This document shows, in pieces, positions 58,144 through 64,000 of a DNA stretch of 64,000 nt. How positions within the stretch are numbered: the stretch's first letter is position 1; each line of letters opens with the position of its first letter. The stretch lies in IMG/VR virus record IMGVR_UViG_3300044951_001239, positions 31,388 to 95,387 of that record; one strand, written 5' to 3'. The DNA is from a virus. The translations under genes were made by a program, and so were the position numbers. The notes beneath the pieces are model-generated. The model was given only the letters and a program-made list of their open reading frames with translations. It was not told the DNA's origin and ran no database searches.

Positions 58144-58557
58144 ATGCTAGAAATCAAAATAGAAGGTAGTCGCCGCAATAAAAAGTTTGTTGAAGCAATT
58201 TTGCCTTCTATTGTAACGCAATTGAAACTTGATTCATGTAAAAAGGCATTGCTGATTCGTTTGTATGATGAATGCAACGATAATGAAGGTACTACTTTGG
58301 ATCTCAGTGCTGTTACTGGTGCTTATCTAGTGGTGATCAAACCCAAGCGTAAACTGAAAGAAATTGCATTGGCACTTGCCCATGAAATGGTGCATGTAAA
58401 GCAAATGGCAAAAGGTATTTTGAAATCCACAAAAAACGGGAACCACATGTGGGCTGGTAAAAGGTATAGTAAGGATACAGCATACCTTTCTCGCCCTTGG
58501 GAAATTGAAGCCTTTAGCAAACAAGAGTTGATTCTCCGTCGTGCGATTGAAGAATAA
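58144..58557 (+). CDS. Zincin-like metallopeptidase (HExxH)
   Basis: 'ALAHEMVHVKQ...PWEIEA'. Confidence 0.7.
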   Translation: MLEIKIEGSRRNKKFVEAILPSIVTQLKLDSCKKALLIRLYDECNDNEGTTLDLSAVTGAYLVVIKPKRKLKEIALALAHEMVHVKQMAKGILKSTKNGNHMWAGKRYSKDTAYLSRPWEIEAFSKQELILRRAIEE

Positions 58558-58663
58558 TCTCTCCAAAATATATAAAATATTTCTTGACGATAAATCAATT
58601 CTCTGTTATACTATGTTTTTAGTTTGATAGTGTTAGTTAAATAAACTTGTAAAGGAAAAGAAA

Positions 58664-59773
58664 ATGGCAGCAGCAGCATCAGTAAGTGACAATCTGACAA
58701 TCACCAGCGTTCAAACCCGTAAAGCCTTGCTTAAGGCATTCAAGGCAAAGCGTCCTCTTTTTATATGGGGCCCCCCGGGCATCGGTAAAAGTGAAGTTGT
58801 AGCAGATGTTACAGCCGAACTCGGCGGGCATATGATTGACTTGCGTATGGCTCAAATGGAACCTACTGACATTCGTGGCATTCCATTCTTCAATCGTGAT
58901 ATCAATAAAATGGATTGGGCTGCTCCGATTGACTTGCCTGATGAGGAACTTGCTAGTCAATATCCCCTCATTGTTCTTTTTCTGGATGAAATGAATAGTG
59001 CATCCCCTGCTGTACAGGCTGCAGGCTATCAATTGATTTTGAATCGCCGGGTCGGCAAGTACAAGTTGCCCGATAATGTTGTTATCGTAGCAGCAGGTAA
59101 TCGTGATAGTGACAAGGGTGTTACTTATCGCATGCCAATGCCCCTTGCTAATCGTTTCTTGCACTTGGAAATGAGAGCCGACTTTACTGCATGGCAGAAC
59201 TGGGCAGTTAACAAAGGTATCCACAAGGATGTGGTTGGATATCTGTCATTCGCTAAACAAGATTTGTATGAGTTTGACAATAAATCGTCAAGCCGAGCAT
59301 TCGCTACCCCGCGTAGCTGGTGCTTTGTGTCTGACTTGTTGGACGATGAAAGCGATACTGACAATGACACATTGTTCAATCTGATTGCAGGGTCAGTTGG
59401 CGAAGGTCTTGCGGTGAAGTTCTCTGCACACCGCAAAGTTTCAGGTAGGATGCCCGATCCAAGTGACATTCTTTCTGGTAAAGTTACTGACTTGAATGTT
59501 AAGGAAATCAGTGCAATGTATTCACTGACTGTTTCACTTTGCTATGAATTGCGTGATGCCCTGCAAGTTGAAAAAGTTTCTATGAAAAAGTTCCACGAAA
59601 TGTCTGACAATTTCTTGTCTTACATTATGAAAAACTTTGAAACTGAATTGGTTGTGATGGGTGCTAAAATTGCACTTAAGACTTACAAACTCCCAATGGA
59701 GCCAAGTCAGTTGAAACACTTTGATGAATTCCATAAGAAGTTTGGAAAGTACATCGTAGACGCAGGTAACTGA
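58664..59773 (+). CDS. MoxR-type AAA+ ATPase
   Basis: Walker A 'GPPGIGKS', Walker B 'LFLDEMN', 'AAGNR', 'LANRF', 'TPRSW'. Promoter-like TTGACG-17-TATACT upstream. Confidence 0.88.
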   Translation: MAAAASVSDNLTITSVQTRKALLKAFKAKRPLFIWGPPGIGKSEVVADVTAELGGHMIDLRMAQMEPTDIRGIPFFNRDINKMDWAAPIDLPDEELASQYPLIVLFLDEMNSASPAVQAAGYQLILNRRVGKYKLPDNVVIVAAGNRDSDKGVTYRMPMPLANRFLHLEMRADFTAWQNWAVNKGIHKDVVGYLSFAKQDLYEFDNKSSSRAFATPRSWCFVSDLLDDESDTDNDTLFNLIAGSVGEGLAVKFSAHRKVSGRMPDPSDILSGKVTDLNVKEISAMYSLTVSLCYELRDALQVEKVSMKKFHEMSDNFLSYIMKNFETELVVMGAKIALKTYKLPMEPSQLKHFDEFHKKFGKYIVDAGN

Positions 59774-59872
59774 TTTTATAAGCGAGAATGGTGTGAACAT
59801 TCTCGCTTTTTTACTTGCAACAAAATGAATTCTATGCTATAATATAGCATATATTTTGATAAAGGACTAAAA

Positions 59873-61153
59873 ATGAGTAGCGTAATTGCCCCGACAAAAA
59901 AGAAAAAGCGTAGTGATAAGTTTGATAAACTTGTTGGACCTACTGACCCTAAGATTGATGCACTTGCCCGTGAACGATTGATTACTGCGCGGGTAGGCTT
60001 GTTGTTGCGGCATAGTTTCTTTGGTAATCTTGCTACCCGACTATCACTTACTAATGCAGATGAATGGTGTAGTACTGCTGCTACTGACGGCTTGAAATTC
60101 TATTACAATAGCCGTTTCATTATGATGTTGAAGCCCAAAGAAGTTGAATTCTTAGTGGGCCATGAAGTCTTGCATGTTGTGTATGATCACATGGGTCGTA
60201 TCGGTAAGCGTGATCCACAAATTTTTAATATCGCAAATGACTATGCAGTTAACGCAGATTTGAAACGACATAATGTTGGACAGTTTATTACAAGTGTTCC
60301 GTGCTTGTACGAAAAGAAATACGATGGCAAATCCAGCGAGGAAATCTATGATGATTTGATGAAAAATGCCAAGCATATTGATATCAATAGTTTGATTGAT
60401 CAAATGATTGACGATCATATGGAAGGTGAGGGCGAGGGTGAAGGTGATGGCGAAGGAGACAAAAAAGGTAAAGGTCGTCCTAAGATGTCCGATGAAGAAC
60501 GAGAACGAGTTCGCCAAGAAATTAAACAAGCAATTATCAGTGCAGCATCTAGTGCCGAAGCAGGACAGTTGCCGCTAGGTGTTGAACGACTAATTAAACA
60601 ACATACTAATCCAGTCATGCCGTGGCGTGAATTGATTCAGCAAAATTTAACTAGTTGTATTCGCACTGACTATTCTTGGATGCGCCCCTCACGCAGAGGC
60701 TGGCACATGGATGCTATCATGCCCGGCATGACTCCCGGAGAAGAAATTGATGTTGTGGTAACTCTTGATATGTCAGGTTCTATCAGCAACAAACAAGCAC
60801 AAGATTTCTTGGGTGAAATCGGTGGCATGATGAATAGTTTTGATGGGTACAAGGTCCACTTGTTTTGTTTTGATACTGATACTTACAATCCACAAGACTT
60901 CAACAGCGAGAATATGGATTGTATTGACGAGTATGAGCCACAGGGTGGGGGTGGCACTGATTTTGATTGTATCTTTAAGTACTTGAAAGAAAACGATATT
61001 CAGCCAAAGCGACTGATTGTATTTACTGATGGATATCCGTGCGGCAGTTGGGGTTCGCCTGACTATTGTGACACTACTTGGATCATTCACGGTGACCCTG
61101 ATCCGCATCCCCCGTTTGGGCAATTTGCATTGTATGATGGCAAAGTCAGTTGA
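59873..61153 (+). CDS. Metallopeptidase (HExxH) + VWA domain protein (DUF2201-like)
   Basis: 'TAATDG', 'HEVLH', 'NIANDYAVN', acidic GEG linker, MIDAS 'DMSGSI', 'GGGGTDF', 'FTDG'. Confidence 0.85.
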   Translation: MSSVIAPTKKKKRSDKFDKLVGPTDPKIDALARERLITARVGLLLRHSFFGNLATRLSLTNADEWCSTAATDGLKFYYNSRFIMMLKPKEVEFLVGHEVLHVVYDHMGRIGKRDPQIFNIANDYAVNADLKRHNVGQFITSVPCLYEKKYDGKSSEEIYDDLMKNAKHIDINSLIDQMIDDHMEGEGEGEGDGEGDKKGKGRPKMSDEERERVRQEIKQAIISAASSAEAGQLPLGVERLIKQHTNPVMPWRELIQQNLTSCIRTDYSWMRPSRRGWHMDAIMPGMTPGEEIDVVVTLDMSGSISNKQAQDFLGEIGGMMNSFDGYKVHLFCFDTDTYNPQDFNSENMDCIDEYEPQGGGGTDFDCIFKYLKENDIQPKRLIVFTDGYPCGSWGSPDYCDTTWIIHGDPDPHPPFGQFALYDGKVS

Positions 61154-61397
61154 AGATTCAACAATCTACGAAAGTCCTGATGGCGGTAAGACGATCTACT
61201 CCCGTAAGAGTGGATCGTCTGGTCGGGCAACTCATCCGCAGGTAATACGCAGAGAAGATACCACATTAAGAGATCAAATGATTGCAGATCAGTTGTGGTA
61301 TAAGATTCGCCGTGAAGCAAAAACAAACGCTACATTAGCTGATATATTAGAACAGGCAAAGATGGTATATGCGCTCATCAAAAAAGAAAACAACTAG
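61134..61397 (+). CDS. Hypothetical protein
   Basis: 'IYESPDGGKTIYSR'. Start moved to ATG 61134/61137 to limit overlap. Confidence 0.6.
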   Translation: MMAKSVEDSTIYESPDGGKTIYSRKSGSSGRATHPQVIRREDTTLRDQMIADQLWYKIRREAKTNATLADILEQAKMVYALIKKENN

Positions 61398-61737
61398 ATT
61401 TGTTGTCATGTGGGACATGACTGGATTGGAATGTCTAATCAATGTTAACCGCGTAGAAAAGGAACATGAGCAATGGGAAAAAGAAAACATTTTTCGTATT
61501 CTCAAGGAAGACAACACAGCCTTGCGACCGGCACCTGTTCCATTACAAATGATGATAATGCGGGCCAGCGCAAACCCACAACGGCATTATGAAATCTATG
61601 CATTTGATTCAGTGATAGCTGAAACAGATATTAGAGAAACATTTGAAACTAGTCCTCAAGTGATGGTTGATGCCATTCGTAATGTAGGCTATAAATTTTA
61701 TAGTAATAGAGCAACACAGAAAGCGGTGATTGTATGA
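61369..61737 (+). CDS. Hypothetical protein
   Basis: 122-aa ORF in operon. Confidence 0.6.
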   Translation: MRSSKKKTTRFVVMWDMTGLECLINVNRVEKEHEQWEKENIFRILKEDNTALRPAPVPLQMMIMRASANPQRHYEIYAFDSVIAETDIRETFETSPQVMVDAIRNVGYKFYSNRATQKAVIV

Positions 61738-62144
61738 TGTATGTTGGAACAAGTTTGGGTAGATGTTTGCGTAGTCTATTACTGGGCGAAGTGTCCGAGG
61801 CGGAGGTTTTGATAATTATCACCCGAACTTCATCACAAAATGTTGAACAATTTATCAGTGTAGTTAAAACTTATTATGAAGAAGGTAATTTCTCGGTTCA
61901 CAGTCCAGAATTGTATGATCTTACAGTTAAGACATGGGATGAGGTAGAAAAACTTGCTACTGATTTGTATAAAGGTGGCAAGATTCATCAGCCAAGAAAC
62001 TTTGTGAGTCTAGGTGGTCGTTTCATTCATCCTGAGTTGAGTAATGATATTTGGGTAGAAGTAGCTCCCAAGAGCCGTAACACTACCCCTGCGGTTATGC
62101 AAGCATACGAGCAATATAAATTGCTTGACTCATTAACCCAATAA
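61734..62144 (+). CDS. Hypothetical protein
   Basis: 136-aa ORF with ATGA overlap. Confidence 0.65.
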   Translation: MMYVGTSLGRCLRSLLLGEVSEAEVLIIITRTSSQNVEQFISVVKTYYEEGNFSVHSPELYDLTVKTWDEVEKLATDLYKGGKIHQPRNFVSLGGRFIHPELSNDIWVEVAPKSRNTTPAVMQAYEQYKLLDSLTQ

Positions 62145-62210
62145 TACTCATAAAAATATTTCATAGTATATTTTAGCTATTAAATATCTATTGTATTCAA
62201 GGAGAATAAT

Positions 62211-62942
62211 ATGAGTTTTTTAAAGCATGTTGGTAAACAAGGTGAACGTAAGGTTGCTATCATTTTTCGTGAGGTTCCTGGGGAACCTCATATGTGTCTT
62301 GTAACATTTACGGAGACACTAAATCAACACATACATGATCCACTGATTCGGTGTATTGAAAGTGATATTGGTCAACATGCTGAATCATTATCAGATGCAT
62401 TACACCGCACTTTGGGTTTAGATGGTAAACCAATTTTACAAACATTGCATCGTGAAGGTTTACTAAAGAAAGTAAACACAGAGAATATTATTGTCACCCC
62501 TAATCCTCAAACTAAAATTAAATTAAGTGAACTTAATAAAATTTTAACTGAGATGAAACAGGGAGAAGATGCTGTTAAACGCATGGCTGACATTGATCAA
62601 AGCCGAGGCATGCAAATTCCAGCTGAGGTTGCTCGTAGACAGCGTGAAAACAAAACCCGTGATGCTAAGGTTCAACAATCGCCGTTGCTGGCAAGTAACA
62701 ACAGTGCATTAGATGATAATGCAATTGCAAATAATTTGCGTACACAAGCTGCAAGGATGGCGACTGAAGCTAAAGGATTGTTAGCGGAATGTGAAATATT
62801 ATTAAAACAAGCTAATAGCATGGATCCTCCACTAGTAGCAAAGAAACCTAAAACTGCTAAGAAATCCTTAGTAGTTGAGGTGCCGGTAGTTGCAACGCCT
62901 GAACACAAAGTAAAGAAAACAAAAGCAAAAGTTAGTGCATAA
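62211..62942 (+). CDS. Hypothetical protein with Lys-rich tail
   Basis: AAGGAG SD and TAAATA upstream; 243 aa. Confidence 0.7.
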   Translation: MSFLKHVGKQGERKVAIIFREVPGEPHMCLVTFTETLNQHIHDPLIRCIESDIGQHAESLSDALHRTLGLDGKPILQTLHREGLLKKVNTENIIVTPNPQTKIKLSELNKILTEMKQGEDAVKRMADIDQSRGMQIPAEVARRQRENKTRDAKVQQSPLLASNNSALDDNAIANNLRTQAARMATEAKGLLAECEILLKQANSMDPPLVAKKPKTAKKSLVVEVPVVATPEHKVKKTKAKVSA

Positions 62943-63241
62943 TGAGCCCGGAATTCATTGAAAAGTGGGAACACATCCTTGAAGATGTGGAAACAACTAA
63001 AATACCAGTGGAATTTATCAAGAAAATGGTAGTTAAACTTAATGGTAAAAAACAACATACCATTAACATTGAAAAGTTTTTAAAGCAAGGATTAGGGCCA
63101 GACCAGATAGAAGATATTGTAAGTAGAAAATTGCAAGAATTAGATGACTCTAGTGTTGGTATTGAGTTTATACTTAATGTGCAAAACATTGCTGATACAG
63201 TACAACCTACTACAGATGACCTTTTGAAAAACTTACTTTGA
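62942..63241 (+). CDS. Hypothetical protein
   Basis: 99 aa, TAATG coupling. Confidence 0.65.
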   Translation: MSPEFIEKWEHILEDVETTKIPVEFIKKMVVKLNGKKQHTINIEKFLKQGLGPDQIEDIVSRKLQELDDSSVGIEFILNVQNIADTVQPTTDDLLKNLL

Positions 63242-63253
63242 TATAAAAGCAGC

Positions 63254-64000
63254 ATGAGGCAATATTTAGAATTATTAAAAGATATCTTAACTAACGGTGA
63301 AGTTAAGGATGATCGTACCGGAGTGGGTACAATTTCTTTATTTGCCAAACAGCTTAGATTTGATTTGAGAAAGGGATTTCCGGCAGTAACTACTAAAAAA
63401 CTTGCTTGGAAAGCGTGTGTGGGCGAACTACTTTGGTTCATTGAGGGTAGCCGAGATGAACGCAGATTAGCAGAACTTACACATGGCACCCGTGACGGTG
63501 TTGTAACCATCTGGACACCAAACGCACTTGCTCCATATTGGAAACCTAAAGCAAAGTTTGAAGGTGACCTAGGTCGTGTATATGGCGTACAATGGAGACA
63601 TTGGCTTACTCCTGTAACACATAAGAGCGAAGTATTTATGGATGAGTTTGGATCATCTTACAATCGCAAAGGTAGCATACATCATAAAGAAATAGATCAA
63701 TTAAAAATTCTAATAGAGGGTATCAAAAAAGACCCCAATGGCCGTAGACATATACTTACTGCCTGGAATCCCGGAGAGTTAGATCAAATGGCCTTGCCAC
63801 CGTGTCATGTATTATGCCAATTCTATGTCAACAAGAATAAAGAACTCTCTTGTCATATGTACCAAAGAAGTGTGGATGTTTTTCTTGGCCTTCCCTTTAA
63901 TATTGCTAGCTATGCGTTACTCACTCATTTAATGGCACAAGTATGTGGATTAGGTGTTGCTGAATTAGTTATCAGCACAGGTGATACACATATCTATAGT
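63254..64000 (+). CDS. thyA: Thymidylate synthase ThyA (3'-truncated by window; absent from ORF track)
   Basis: MRQYLELLKDIL..DDRTGVGT..FDLRKGFPAVTTKK..ELLWF..GRVYGVQWR..AWNP..MALPPCH..YQRSVDVFLGLPFNIASY. Confidence 0.95.
   Translation, partial: MRQYLELLKDILTNGEVKDDRTGVGTISLFAKQLRFDLRKGFPAVTTKKLAWKACVGELLWFIEGSRDERRLAELTHGTRDGVVTIWTPNALAPYWKPKAKFEGDLGRVYGVQWRHWLTPVTHKSEVFMDEFGSSYNRKGSIHHKEIDQLKILIEGIKKDPNGRRHILTAWNPGELDQMALPPCHVLCQFYVNKNKELSCHMYQRSVDVFLGLPFNIASYALLTHLMAQVCGLGVAELVISTGDTHIYS

Noticed and set aside
60420-60460. GEGEGEGDGEGD microsatellite as a contingency locus
   Set aside because: Codons are degenerate; it is an ordinary acidic linker between the peptidase and VWA domains.
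506-63510. Many short antisense or alternate-frame ORFs in the track (e.g. 4303-5040, 30103-30540, 58679-59224, 62932-63510, 54181-54384, 54396-54590)
   Set aside because: They overlap well-supported genes or the tmRNA and lack motifs; treated as shadow ORFs.
1-64000. Stop-codon reassignment
   Set aside because: Genes are long and tightly packed under the standard bacterial code, including a 19.4-kb ORF; no fragmentation pattern is seen.

Overview
A 64-kb segment of a large, AT-rich tailed myophage genome, with T4-like baseplate genes and TAAATA-type late promoters. PstS and tmRNA features suggest a (beta)proteobacterial host (inference). (1) 1-32.2 kb is a late tail/baseplate module: hub-like protein, gp5-like spike, gp25, gp6, a 6478-aa modular virion protein, and fibre proteins. 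(2) 32.2-53.4 kb is a ~21-kb glycan-synthesis/modification island: about 7 glycosyltransferase-like genes, a radical SAM enzyme, two SGNH proteins, cupin, nucleotidyltransferase-kinase, AroE-like dehydrogenase, HAD phosphatase, GatZ/KbaZ-like enzyme, NodU-type carbamoyltransferase, and a 1529-aa repeat protein. It is interrupted by a reverse-strand kinase and a reverse-strand GIY-YIG endonuclease flanked by a duplicated gene 3' end. (3) 53.4-57.2 kb holds host-interaction genes: a circularly permuted two-piece tmRNA (tag ANDSQFSIAA), a porin-like gene, and pstS behind a Pho box. (4) 57.2-64 kb holds early genes behind near-identical sigma70 promoter repeats, a MoxR-type AAA+/metallopeptidase-VWA pair, and a truncated thyA. 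All calls come from motif reading by eye; no searches or computations were run.
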